A stretch of 64,000 nt of DNA from Ilumatobacteraceae bacterium (GTDB taxonomy: Bacteria; Actinomycetota; Acidimicrobiia; Acidimicrobiales; Ilumatobacteraceae): assembly GCA_963703525.1 (NCBI GenBank), contig CAVPET010000021.1, positions 8,446 through 72,445 on the forward strand, read 5' to 3'. Below are positions 10,051 to 19,285 of the stretch, one piece after another; positions within the stretch are counted from its first letter, which is position 1, and the number at the start of each line of letters is the position of its first letter. The notes beneath the pieces are model-generated. The model searched no databases. It was not told the DNA's origin and saw only the letters and a list, made by a program, of their open reading frames with translations. A program made the position numbers and the translations under genes.

Positions 10051-10274
10051 CTATCGGTCTGCCACCGGATGTACTTGAGCCCTTTCCGGGCGATTCGTCC
10101 TGCTCACCCGGGGCCTCATCCGGTTTCAGGTCGGCTCGACCCGTCAGGCTGCACGATCGTGCAGCGGTCGGCACGATGGACAACAGTGGCGCCATGATCG
10201 CGCCGAAACCGACAGACGGCTTTGTCGACGCGGCCGATGCGGGCCTCGTGTCCGACGTGTCAGACGCGTCCGAC

Positions 10275-11366
10275 ATGGGGAACGAACGTCTGCGCATCCT
10301 GATCGCGTCGACACCGGTCGGTCCACTGGGCTCCGGCATCGGTGGTGGCGTCGAGCTGACCCTGCACAGCATGGTGTACGGGCTCGGCGCGCTCGGTCAC
10401 CAGGTCGAAGTGGTCGCCCCCGCCGGTTCGCTGCACGTCGGCGAGCGCATCCATCAGATCGACGGCGCTCTCCAGCTCAGCAGCCAGACGGTCGGGCGCG
10501 ACGCGCCGATCGAACTGCCCGTCGGTTCGGTGCTCGCCGCCATGTGGGACCACATCGCCGACATCGAGAGCGCCTACGACGTCGTCGTCAACTTGGCGTA
10601 CGACTGGCTCCCGATGTACCTCACCAGGTTCCTCGACATCCCGGTCGTTCACCTCGTGTCGATGGGGTCGCTCAACGAGGCGATGGATGCCGTCATCGGC
10701 GACGTCGCCGTTCGGTATCCGGGCCGCCTCGCCGCGCACAGTCGGGCACAGGCGGCGACCTTCCCCCACCCCGACGTGTTCAAGATCGTCGGCAACGGGA
10801 TCGTGACGGAGCGTTACGAGTTCCGGCCCCGTGCCGACGAACCGGAACACCTCGCATTCGTCGGTCGTCTTTCACCGGAAAAGGGAGTCGACGACGTCGC
10901 TTCGTTGGCCGAGCGGACCGGTCTGCCGGTTCGCGTGTGGGGAGTGGTGCAGGATCCGGACTACTGGGCGGCCGTCCAGGCACGCCATCCCGCTGCAACG
11001 CTCGAGTACCAGGGCTTCTTGCCGACCGACGAACTGCAGCACGAGATCGGCCGATGCAGCGCGCTCGTCATGACGCCGAAGTGGGTCGAGGCGTTCGGGA
11101 ACGTCGCGATCGAGGCACTGGCGACCGGCGTGCCCGTGATCGCCTACGACCGAGGCGGGCCCGCCGAGATCGTCATCGACGGCCAGAACGGTTTCCTGGT
11201 CGCACCCGACGACATCGACGAACTGGCCCGCGCCGTGGCGCTGATCGGCACGATCGACCGGGCGACCTGTCGCCGCAGTGTGCAGGACCGACATTCGACC
11301 GAGGCGTTCGCGGAGCGGATCGAGCGTTGGATACGAAGCGTCATCGGCGCCACAGCCCGCCGCTGA
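10275..11366 (+). CDS. Glycosyltransferase, GT-B fold (GT4-like)
   Basis: Frame of ORF 10038..11366. ...LRILIASTPVGPLGSGIGGGVE... and the C-terminal 'EAFGNVAIEALATGVPVIAYDRGGPAEIVIDGQNGFLV' motif. ATG 10275 chosen; ATG 10176 is also possible. The first codons of the ORF overlap the divergent gene. Confidence 0.75.
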   Translation: MGNERLRILIASTPVGPLGSGIGGGVELTLHSMVYGLGALGHQVEVVAPAGSLHVGERIHQIDGALQLSSQTVGRDAPIELPVGSVLAAMWDHIADIESAYDVVVNLAYDWLPMYLTRFLDIPVVHLVSMGSLNEAMDAVIGDVAVRYPGRLAAHSRAQAATFPHPDVFKIVGNGIVTERYEFRPRADEPEHLAFVGRLSPEKGVDDVASLAERTGLPVRVWGVVQDPDYWAAVQARHPAATLEYQGFLPTDELQHEIGRCSALVMTPKWVEAFGNVAIEALATGVPVIAYDRGGPAEIVIDGQNGFLVAPDDIDELARAVALIGTIDRATCRRSVQDRHSTEAFAERIERWIRSVIGATARR

Positions 11367-11380
11367 GGTCCACCCGCGCT

Positions 11381-11440
11381 GCCCCCGCCCCCGCCCCCGC
11401 CCCCGCCCCCGCCCCCGCCCCCGCCCCCGCCCCCGCCCCC
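11381..11440. repeat. Perfect hexanucleotide microsatellite (GCCCCC)10
   Basis: Counted directly. Ten uninterrupted units begin 15 nt after the glycosyltransferase stop. Confidence 0.95.
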
Positions 11441-11448
11441 GCGCTACC

Positions 11449-11502
11449 CCGTTTGCGTCGGGATTTCTGTGGAACGGTGCACGAATATCCCGACGCAAAC
11501 GG
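11449..11502. terminator. Perfect 16-bp inverted repeat hairpin (CCGTTTGCGTCGGGAT / ATCCCGACGCAAACGG, 22-nt loop). Possible factor-independent terminator or regulatory stem.
   Basis: Arms at 11449-11464 and 11487-11502 are exact reverse complements. There is no U-tract. Confidence 0.4.
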
Positions 11503-11694
11503 CACGATCGGACGGCCGGCGCGATCGGACGGCTGGCGTGAGCATCTCGGGTGCAACGTATCGACGCGACGTTGGCGACGCTGATCGGCGCCCGTATCAT
11601 TGCGCGGTTCACTGGAGCAGACGGGCTGACCGGCCTGCACCGACGGATCTTCCGGGTCCCGACATCGAATCAACAGATCGAACGAGATTGCGCC

Positions 11695-12141
11695 ATGGCT
11701 ACGTACACACCGAAAGCAAGTGAGATCCAGCGTGAGTGGCACGTTGTCGACGCCGACGGCATGGTCCTCGGACGTCTGTGCACCGAGGTGGCGCGCATCT
11801 TGCGCGGTAAGCACAAGCCCACCTTCGCGCCGCACATGGACACCGGCGACCACGTGATCATCGTCAACGCCGACAAGATCGTGATGACCTCGAACAAGGC
11901 CGAGCGCACCATGGTGTACACCCACAGCGGCTACCCGGGTGGCATCAAGTCCGAGTCCTACGCCCACCTGCACGCCCGCAAACCCGCCGAGGCGGTCCGC
12001 AAGTCGGTCCGCGGCATGCTGCCCAAGGGCCCGCTCGGCCGTCAACAGATCACCAAGCTGCAGGTCTACGCCGGCCCGACCCATCCGCACACCGCCCAGT
12101 CGCCCAAGCCGCTCGTCGTGGCCGGCGCCAAGGCCCGCTGA
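11695..12141 (+). CDS. rplM: 50S ribosomal protein L13
   Basis: ATG 11695 in the frame of ORF 11551..12141. [28 protein letters not shown]... Confidence 0.95.
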   Translation: MATYTPKASEIQREWHVVDADGMVLGRLCTEVARILRGKHKPTFAPHMDTGDHVIIVNADKIVMTSNKAERTMVYTHSGYPGGIKSESYAHLHARKPAEAVRKSVRGMLPKGPLGRQQITKLQVYAGPTHPHTAQSPKPLVVAGAKAR

Positions 12142-12163
12142 AAGCTCGCTGGAGGGCATCGAC

Positions 12164-12559
12164 ATGGGAACCATTCCACTCACGCAGACCACGGGTCGCC
12201 GCAAGGAAGCCGTGGCCCGGGCTCAGCTGCGCCCCGGCACCGGTCAGTTCGTCATCAACGGCAAGAGCCTCGACGTGTACTTCCCGACGGCGGTCTCGCA
12301 GATGGTCGTCTCCGAGGCGCTCACCGTCACCGACACCCGTGAGACCTACGACATCACGGCGTCGATCCATGGTGGTGGCATCAGCGGCCAGGCCGGTGCG
12401 CTGCGCATGGCCATCGCCCGCTCGCTGCTCGAGCTCGACCCCGAGAGCCGCCCGGTTCTGAAGAAGGCCGGCCTCCTCACCCGCGATTCGCGGAAGAAGG
12501 AATCCAAGAAGTACGGCCTCAAGAAGGCTCGCAAGGCGCCGCAGTTCACCAAGCGTTGA
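12164..12559 (+). CDS. rpsI: 30S ribosomal protein S9
   Basis: ATG 12164 in the frame of ORF 11939..12559. ...[25 protein letters not shown]...[18 protein letters not shown] lies upstream. Confidence 0.95.
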   Translation: MGTIPLTQTTGRRKEAVARAQLRPGTGQFVINGKSLDVYFPTAVSQMVVSEALTVTDTRETYDITASIHGGGISGQAGALRMAIARSLLELDPESRPVLKKAGLLTRDSRKKESKKYGLKKARKAPQFTKR

Positions 12560-12575
12560 TCCCACTGCGGGACTG

Positions 12576-13931
12576 GTGTCGGTGGTGAAGTTCGGTACCG
12601 ATGGTGTTCGCGGTATAGCCAACACCGAGCTGACCGCTGAGTTCTCGCTCCGTCTCGGACGGGCCGCGGCCAGAGTGCTTTCCCGGAGCGCTGAGTTCCC
12701 GAACGGGGCTGCGTCGAACGTCGTGATCGGCGGGGACACGCGCATGTCGACCCCGATGATCGACGCTGCGGTGTCGGCGGGGTTCGCCGCAGAAGGGATC
12801 GATGTCATTCGGCTCGGTGTCGTTCCGACCCCCATGCTGGCGTTCGTCGCGCAGCGGCTCGGAGCGATGGGCGTCATGGTGTCCGCGTCGCACAACCCCT
12901 TCTACGACAACGGCATCAAGCTGTTCGCTCCTGGGGGCGCCAAGCTGTCCGACGAAATCGAAGCGGCGATCGAGTACGAGTTGGAGGCGTTGCAGCCCCC
13001 GACGGGCGCCGCAGGTTCGATCATCATCGACGATTCCCGGATCACAGCGGGGCGGCACGACTACACGGGTCACGTCCTCGCGATCACCGAAGGGCGTCGA
13101 CTGGACGGCCTGCGCGTCGTCGTCGACGCGGCGAACGGCGCAGCATCTCACTTGGCCGGGCCGGTCCTCAAGGCGTCCGGCGCCGATGTGGTCGTCATCG
13201 CCGCTTCCCCTGATGGCAGGAACATCAACGACGGCTGTGGCGCCACGGTTCCCACTCACGTCGCCGCATCCGTGCTCGAACTCGGCGCCGACATCGGTAT
13301 CGCACTCGACGGCGACGCCGACCGGCTGATCGCGGTGGATCACACCGGAGCGGTCGTCGACGGTGACCATGTGATCGCCATCGCCGCCCTGGATCTGTTG
13401 GAGCGGGGGCGCCTCGCGAACGACACCGTCGTCGTCACCACGATGACCAATCTCGGATTTCACCACGCGATGCGTGATGCCGGCATCCGGGTTGTCACCA
13501 CCGACGTCGGCGATCGTTACGTGCTCGAGGCGCTGGCGGCCGGTCGCCACTCGCTCGGCGGGGAACAGAGCGGACACGTCATCTTCAGTGACCACGCGAC
13601 GACCGGCGACGGCATGTTGACAGCAGTCGCATTGTTGGACGTGGTCGCTCGGAGCGGTCGGCGGCTCGCGGACCTCGCGGCGGCGGCGATGACCTCGCTC
13701 CCGCAAGTGCTGGTGAACGTCGAAGTCGGCCAACGCGTCCCCGATGTCGTCGAGCAGATGTCCGACGAGATCGCACGAGTCACCGCGGAGTTGGCCGACG
13801 AGGGGCGGGTGCTCGTGCGTGCCAGTGGCACGGAGCCGCTCGTGCGCATCATGGTCGAGGCTCCGACTGCCGAGATCGCCGGTCGGGCCGCAGACGAACT
13901 CGCCGCCGTCGCTCGACACCGATTCGCCTGA
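12576..13931 (+). CDS. glmM: Phosphoglucosamine mutase
   Basis: ORF 12576..13931. FGTDGVRG..., active-site 'SASHNPFYDNGIKLF', 'DGDADR'. Synteny after rpsI. Confidence 0.9.
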   Translation: MSVVKFGTDGVRGIANTELTAEFSLRLGRAAARVLSRSAEFPNGAASNVVIGGDTRMSTPMIDAAVSAGFAAEGIDVIRLGVVPTPMLAFVAQRLGAMGVMVSASHNPFYDNGIKLFAPGGAKLSDEIEAAIEYELEALQPPTGAAGSIIIDDSRITAGRHDYTGHVLAITEGRRLDGLRVVVDAANGAASHLAGPVLKASGADVVVIAASPDGRNINDGCGATVPTHVAASVLELGADIGIALDGDADRLIAVDHTGAVVDGDHVIAIAALDLLERGRLANDTVVVTTMTNLGFHHAMRDAGIRVVTTDVGDRYVLEALAAGRHSLGGEQSGHVIFSDHATTGDGMLTAVALLDVVARSGRRLADLAAAAMTSLPQVLVNVEVGQRVPDVVEQMSDEIARVTAELADEGRVLVRASGTEPLVRIMVEAPTAEIAGRAADELAAVARHRFA

Positions 13932-13978
13932 GCAGGTCGAGCGGCCAGGCTTTGCCGCGGTCGGTAGCCTGAGGAATC

Positions 13979-16900
13979 ATGTGTGGAATCATCGGCATCG
14001 TCAGCCGTCCGCCGACGAGGCCGACTCCGAGCCCCGACGAGATCGTGGGTGGGCTCGATGTGGCTCTGGCGCTGCGTCCTGACGTCGTCGCCGTTGCGTC
14101 TCGGGTTGCCGAGGTCGACGCCATCTTGCGCGGCCTCCCCGGCGTGCTCGCACTCCTCGATCATATCGAGACCGTCGCCTCCATCACCGCGCGGCTCGAT
14201 CAGCTCGATGCGTTCGCGGCAGACCTCGAACACGTACTCGACGGCAACGACTATGCATCCGGCGGTCTCGACGCACTCCAACTCGAACGGGCCAACGCCG
14301 AGCTGATCGCGCTCAAGGACGCCCTGTGGGCTATCCGCCACGATCGGCTGTCCACCGCTCGCGACGTCGTCGCTCTGGCGGGTCGTGACGCAACCCCGCC
14401 CACGCTCGGCGGGTACCTGTCGATCCATCAGGCGCTGTCGGCGATCGACCGACTCGAAGTTCGTGGACGCGACTCGGCCGGCCTCCACGTGTTCGTGTGG
14501 GGTCACGACCTGACCGGCGCGGCGCTCACGCAGATGATCGCCGAACGGGGCACCGACCCCCTGTTCCAATCCGGCTCGGTCGTCGCCACCGATGGCGTCT
14601 TGTCCTTCGTCTACAAGGCGGCAGCGGAGATCGGCGAGCTCGGGGACAACACCGCAGCGCTGCGCTCGGCGCTCGTCACCGACGCCCTCCTGCGGCGTGC
14701 GATGGAGTCGCCCGACAGCCGGGTCGCGATCCTCGGCCACACGCGCTGGGCGAGTGTCGGCATCATCAGCGAACCGAACACGCACCCGTTGAACTCGATC
14801 GAGCTCGAGCAGCCGGCCGGTAAGCCGGCGCCGCCGTACGTGGTTGCCGCCCTCAACGGCGACGTCGACAACCACGCCGATCTGCGTGTCGCCCACGGCC
14901 TGCGCATCCCGACACCGATCACCACCGACGCCAAGGTGATCCCCACGCTGGTGTCGCGGCAGCTCGCGAGTGGAGTCGAGCCGGTCGAGGCATTTCGTCG
15001 CACGGTGGGCGCCTTCGAGGGTTCGGTCGCGATCGGGATGGCCTGCGCCGGCTCACCGGGCACGATCTTTCTCGCCCTGCGCGGGAGCGGGCAGGGGCTC
15101 TACGTCGGGTTGGCCGACGACTCCACCATCGTGGCGAGCGAGCCGTATGGAGTCGTCGAGGAGACGAGCCGGTACATCCGGATGGACGGTGAGCACGGCG
15201 GTGAGATCATCGTCGTATCGGATGATCAGGCAGGCACGCTCGCGAGCTTCCGTCGATTCAGCTACGACGGCGCCGAACACCCCATTGCCGACGATGAGAT
15301 CGTCACCGCCGAGGTGACCACGCGTGACATCAACCGCGGTGATTCGCCGCACTTCCTGCTCAAGGAGATCAACGAGGCGCCCGTGAGCTTCGCGACGACG
15401 CTGCGCGGGAAGATCGTCGAACGCGATGGCCTGCTCCGCGCCGTCGTCGGCCACGTCGCCCTGCCCGACTCGATCGCCCGCCGGCTCGCGGATGGCACGA
15501 TCCGCCGTGTACGGGTCATCGGCCAGGGCACTGCTGCGGTGGCCGGGCAGAGCACCGCCGCCATTCTCGACGAGTTGACGCTCGGTCAGCTCGACGTCGA
15601 CGCAACGACGGCGACCGAGTTGTCCGGCTTCGGGATGCGCCTCGACATGAGCGACACCCTGGCAATCGCGGTCAGCCAGTCCGGCACCACCACCGACACC
15701 AACCGCACCGTCGATCTGCTGCGCGCTCGTGGCGCGGCGGTGATCGGCATCGTCAACCGGCGTGGCAGCGACCTGACCGACAAGGCAGATGGAGTGCTCT
15801 ACACGTCCGACGGACGCGATGTCGAGATGAGCGTCGCTTCGACCAAGGCGTTCTACGCCCAGGTGGCAGCGGGCGCGTTGCTGTCGTGCGCAATCGCCGA
15901 AGCAGTGGGCATCGGCGACCCGGCTCGACGTTCACAGCTCATCGACGCGCTACGCGAACTCCCCGATGCGATGCGCGAGGTCCTCAGCCGGCGTGAGGTG
16001 ATCGGCGACACCGCGCGACGGCTCGCACCCTCCAAGCGCTACTGGGCGATCGTCGGCAACGGCCCCAACAAGGTGGCCGCCGAGGAGGTGCGGATCAAGC
16101 TCAGCGAGCTGTGTTACAAGTCGATGGCGTGTGACTCGACCGAGGACAAGAAGCACATCGACCTGTCGTCCGAGCCGCTCATCCTCGTGTGCGCGGCCGG
16201 GCTCGTCGGGTCGACGGCCGACGACGTCGCCAAGGAAGTGGCGATCTTCCGCGCCCACAAGGCGACGCCGATCGTCATCGCCAACGAGGGTGAGACCCGC
16301 TATCTCGGCGCCGCAACCATCGGTGTCCCCGCGGTCGATCCGGCGCTCGCTTTCGTGCTCTCGGCAATGGTCGGCCACCTGTTCGGCTACGAAGCAGCGC
16401 TGGCGATCGATGCCTCGGCGCGCCCATTGCGTGAGGCTCGTGAGTCGATCCAGCAGCTCGTCGGCCAGGGTCTCACCGGCGACAAGATCGTGGGTCGGTT
16501 GCGAGCCGAGTTGCGGGCCCCCGCCGATCGCTTCAACGACGGCCTCCGTGCGGGCCTCTACGACGGTCATCTCGAAGCGAGCTCCGCGACCAAGTTGACC
16601 GGTCTGCTGCGCAATGTGCTGTCCGAAGGGCCGATCGAGCAGTACCAGCGCGAATCGGGCAAGGTCGGCACACCGGGGGCGCTGATCGACGATCTTGTGG
16701 CGGCGTTGACCAAAGCGATCGGCGAACTCACCCGGCCCATCGACACCATCAAACATCAGGCCAAGACGGTGACAGTCGGAGTCTCCCGAAGCGACGAGGG
16801 CGTCATCGACCGTGCACTCGTACAGGCGGTGCTCGCCGCCGGCGCCGGCCGCGACGTCCTCAGCTATCGCACGATGAAGGTGCTCGCCGATCTCGACCCC

Positions 16901-17341
16901 GCGGTCGCCGAGGTGCACGGCTACACGCGCTACGGCATCGATGGAGGTTCGATCTCGATCGTCGACCGCGGCGGCATCTCGCGCGACCTGCCGAGCCGGG
17001 TCGAACGCAACGGGGAGCTGCGTGGCACGAAGCGTCGGGTGGCGTCCGAACGCGAGGTCCTCGTCGCGGTCGGTCGCAACGACGGCCGAACGGTCATCTT
17101 CGTCCCCGAGATCAAGGCAGGCGAGCCGACGGGCATCACGTTGTTGCACGTGTCGTTCCACGATCTGCTCCCGGCCGACGTGATGCGCGGGGTGCTGCAG
17201 GGCTACGACCGTCGCTATGACCGGCTCGTCGACTGGGTGACGGAGACCGAAGGCCACTTCGACGAGTCGATCCTCGGCGAGATCCCGGTCCGCGAACTGC
17301 TGATCGGTCCGATCTCGGACACCGCCGACCACTGGCGATGA
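13979..17341 (+). CDS. glmS: Atypically long (1120 aa) glutamine-fructose-6-phosphate aminotransferase-like protein: class-II amidotransferase + 2 SIS domains, with large insertions and a C-terminal extension
   Basis: N-terminal MCGIIG (Cys1 nucleophile). 'LEVRGRDSAGL', 'GHTRWASVG', 'ALNGDVDNHADLR'. SIS motifs 'VIGQGTAAVAG', 'AVSQSGTTTDT', 'IVGNGPNKVAAEE'. A 'KHQAKTVTVG' motif resembles the GlmS C-terminal tail. It occupies the glmS position of the conserved actinobacterial block. Function assignment is tentative. Confidence 0.6.
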   Translation: MCGIIGIVSRPPTRPTPSPDEIVGGLDVALALRPDVVAVASRVAEVDAILRGLPGVLALLDHIETVASITARLDQLDAFAADLEHVLDGNDYASGGLDALQLERANAELIALKDALWAIRHDRLSTARDVVALAGRDATPPTLGGYLSIHQALSAIDRLEVRGRDSAGLHVFVWGHDLTGAALTQMIAERGTDPLFQSGSVVATDGVLSFVYKAAAEIGELGDNTAALRSALVTDALLRRAMESPDSRVAILGHTRWASVGIISEPNTHPLNSIELEQPAGKPAPPYVVAALNGDVDNHADLRVAHGLRIPTPITTDAKVIPTLVSRQLASGVEPVEAFRRTVGAFEGSVAIGMACAGSPGTIFLALRGSGQGLYVGLADDSTIVASEPYGVVEETSRYIRMDGEHGGEIIVVSDDQAGTLASFRRFSYDGAEHPIADDEIVTAEVTTRDINRGDSPHFLLKEINEAPVSFATTLRGKIVERDGLLRAVVGHVALPDSIARRLADGTIRRVRVIGQGTAAVAGQSTAAILDELTLGQLDVDATTATELSGFGMRLDMSDTLAIAVSQSGTTTDTNRTVDLLRARGAAVIGIVNRRGSDLTDKADGVLYTSDGRDVEMSVASTKAFYAQVAAGALLSCAIAEAVGIGDPARRSQLIDALRELPDAMREVLSRREVIGDTARRLAPSKRYWAIVGNGPNKVAAEEVRIKLSELCYKSMACDSTEDKKHIDLSSEPLILVCAAGLVGSTADDVAKEVAIFRAHKATPIVIANEGETRYLGAATIGVPAVDPALAFVLSAMVGHLFGYEAALAIDASARPLREARESIQQLVGQGLTGDKIVGRLRAELRAPADRFNDGLRAGLYDGHLEASSATKLTGLLRNVLSEGPIEQYQRESGKVGTPGALIDDLVAALTKAIGELTRPIDTIKHQAKTVTVGVSRSDEGVIDRALVQAVLAAGAGRDVLSYRTMKVLADLDPAVAEVHGYTRYGIDGGSISIVDRGGISRDLPSRVERNGELRGTKRRVASEREVLVAVGRNDGRTVIFVPEIKAGEPTGITLLHVSFHDLLPADVMRGVLQGYDRRYDRLVDWVTETEGHFDESILGEIPVRELLIGPISDTADHWR

Positions 17342-17703
17342 TCGGAATCGGCATCGACCTCGTCGACATCGATCGGTTCCGCCGTTCGCTCGAACGTACC
17401 CCGTCGATGCGCAGACGGCTGTTCACGGACGTCGAACTCGCCTACGTCGCTGCGAAGGCCGACCAGGTCCCGTCGCTGGCCGCGCGGTTCGCGGCACGCG
17501 AAGCGGCGATGAAGGCGCTCGGTGTCGGCCTCGGAGCGTTCGGGTTCCACGAGGTCTGGGTCGAGCGCAGCGACGCCGGCGTGCCGTCGCTGATGGTGAC
17601 CGGCGCGGCTGCAGTGCTCGCCGATGCGGCCGGGGTTACCCGCTGGCACCTCTCGCTGACCCACAGCGACCATGTCGCGGCCGCCTACGTCGTCGCCGAG
17701 TAG
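17338..17703 (+). CDS. acpS: Holo-[acyl-carrier-protein] synthase
   Basis: ORF 17338..17703. MIGIGIDLVDIDRF... Its ATG overlaps the upstream stop (ATGA). Confidence 0.85.
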   Translation: MIGIGIDLVDIDRFRRSLERTPSMRRRLFTDVELAYVAAKADQVPSLAARFAAREAAMKALGVGLGAFGFHEVWVERSDAGVPSLMVTGAAAVLADAAGVTRWHLSLTHSDHVAAAYVVAE

Positions 17704-17720
17704 AGGCAGCCACGACCGTC

Positions 17721-17832
17721 GCGATGAGTTCGAGCGCGCACGGGTCGCGGTAGAACTCATCGCAACGAGTCGAAAACGCAATTGCGATGAGTTCGAGCGC
17801 GCACGGGTCGCGGCAGAACTCATCGCAACGAG
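17721..17832 (+). repeat. Two tandem copies (period 63 nt) of a palindromic REP-like element: GCGATGAGTTC-N11-GGTCGCG-N3-GAACTCATCGCA
   Basis: Units at 17721-17769 and 17784-17832 differ at one base. There is an 11-bp perfect stem. The same architecture recurs at 33620-33847. Confidence 0.85.
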
Positions 17833-17854
17833 CCGCGCGCATAGATTCGGTGTC

Positions 17855-19285
17855 GTGATCCCGATCGTCACCGCCGAGGAGATGGGCGCGATCGATGCCT
17901 CCGCGCCGGTGCCCGTCGAGGAGTTGATCGGACGTGCCGGTCGGGCCGTCGCGCGTTCGGCAGTCGTCATGCTCGGCGGTACATACGGACGAGTCGTGAA
18001 CGTGATCGCCGGGGCGGGCAACAACGGTGCTGATGGCCGAACTGCTGCGGAGTCGTTGCGCCGACGTGGCGTGCTCGTACGCGTCTTCGAGGCGGCGTCG
18101 TGCCCGGTTGAGCTGCCGCCCGCCGACCTCGTGATCGATGCGGCGTTCGGTACCGGTTATCGATGGTCCGCCCGTGATGACGGCGCTCAAGCCGGCGCCC
18201 GCAAGCCCTGGGCGTCTCCCGGCGTCGGCGAGTCGCCGGTGCTGGCGGTCGACATCCCGAGCGGGCTCGACTCGCTCACCGGGCGTTGCCACGGTGAGGT
18301 GCTCGCCGCCGACCGGACCGTCACGTTCCAGGCGATGAAGCCGGGATTGTTGTTCGCCGATGGGCCGGGCCTCTCGGGTGACGTGGAGGTGGTGGATATC
18401 GGACTCGACGCCTCGGCCGCGACGGTGCACCTCGTCGAACGCGCCGATGTCGTCGGGTGGTGGCCGCAGCGCGGATCGCGGGCGCACAAGTGGAATACCG
18501 CGGTCAGGATCATCGCCGGGAGTGTCGGCATGTTGGGGGCAGCGAGGCTGTGTTCGGCCGCGGCGCTGCGCAGCGGTGCAGGGTTGGTGTCACTGTCCGC
18601 CCCGGGCTGCGCGGCCGGCGGCCGCAACGAGGTCATCGAGCCCCCCGTCGCCGAGTCCGGCTGGGCCGACGACGTGCTCGTCGATCTGGCCCGCTTCGGC
18701 GCCCTCGTCGTCGGGCCGGGCCTCGGGCGACGCGAGGCGACCATCGAGGCAACACGCCGTGTGATCGCCGATGCGACCGTGCCACTCGTGGTCGACGGCG
18801 ACGCGCTGTTTGCCGCGGCATGGAGTGCCGACGGGCCGGTCTCCCTGCTGCGATCACGAGTGCTGCCGACCGTGATCACGCCGCATGACGGCGAGTTCGC
18901 CCTGTTGACAGGAGCACCTCCCGGCGACGATCGGGTGGAGGCGGCGCGACGGTTGGCGTTCGAACTGGGGTGCACCGTGTTACTGAAGGGCCCGACCACC
19001 GTGGTCGCCGGCGCCGATGGCGAGGTGTTGGTGGTCGATCACGGTGACGAGCGACTCGCCACAGCCGGCTCGGGCGACGTCCTGGCCGGAATGATCGGCA
19101 CACTGCTCGCATCCGGCGTGCCGCCGCTGCAGGCCGCGGCGAGTGTCGCCTGGGTCCATGCCGAGGCCGGATGCGCCCTGCCGATGGCCGGGCTGGTCGC
19201 GGGTGATCTGGTCGAGCGTCTCCCGGAGACGCTGTCGTCGTTGCGTTCGTCACGGCCGGTGTCATTGCGGGGTGCATCGCGATGA
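17855..19285 (+). CDS. nnr: Bifunctional NAD(P)H-hydrate repair enzyme (epimerase + ADP-dependent dehydratase)
   Basis: GTG 17855 in the frame of ORF 17672..19285. YjeF-N part 'VIAGAGNNGADG'. Kinase-fold part '...ATAGSGDVLAGMIG'. The upstream part of the ORF runs through the repeat element. Confidence 0.8.
   Translation: MIPIVTAEEMGAIDASAPVPVEELIGRAGRAVARSAVVMLGGTYGRVVNVIAGAGNNGADGRTAAESLRRRGVLVRVFEAASCPVELPPADLVIDAAFGTGYRWSARDDGAQAGARKPWASPGVGESPVLAVDIPSGLDSLTGRCHGEVLAADRTVTFQAMKPGLLFADGPGLSGDVEVVDIGLDASAATVHLVERADVVGWWPQRGSRAHKWNTAVRIIAGSVGMLGAARLCSAAALRSGAGLVSLSAPGCAAGGRNEVIEPPVAESGWADDVLVDLARFGALVVGPGLGRREATIEATRRVIADATVPLVVDGDALFAAAWSADGPVSLLRSRVLPTVITPHDGEFALLTGAPPGDDRVEAARRLAFELGCTVLLKGPTTVVAGADGEVLVVDHGDERLATAGSGDVLAGMIGTLLASGVPPLQAAASVAWVHAEAGCALPMAGLVAGDLVERLPETLSSLRSSRPVSLRGASR

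Noticed and set aside
10038-10274. Upstream start (10038) for the glycosyltransferase
   Set aside because: It would overlap the divergent GGDEF-EAL gene start and add ~80 non-conserved residues. Homology begins at ...ERLRILIAS just after ATG 10275.
11278-11612. ORFs encoding (PR)n / (GR)n / (AP)n across the hexamer repeat
   Set aside because: They are generated purely by the (GCCCCC)10 microsatellite read in different frames and strands, and have no coding context on either side.
13932-13978. glmS ribozyme upstream of the GlmS-like gene
   Set aside because: The gap between glmM and the GlmS-like ORF is only 47 nt, far shorter than the ribozyme. It shows no recognisable conserved core.
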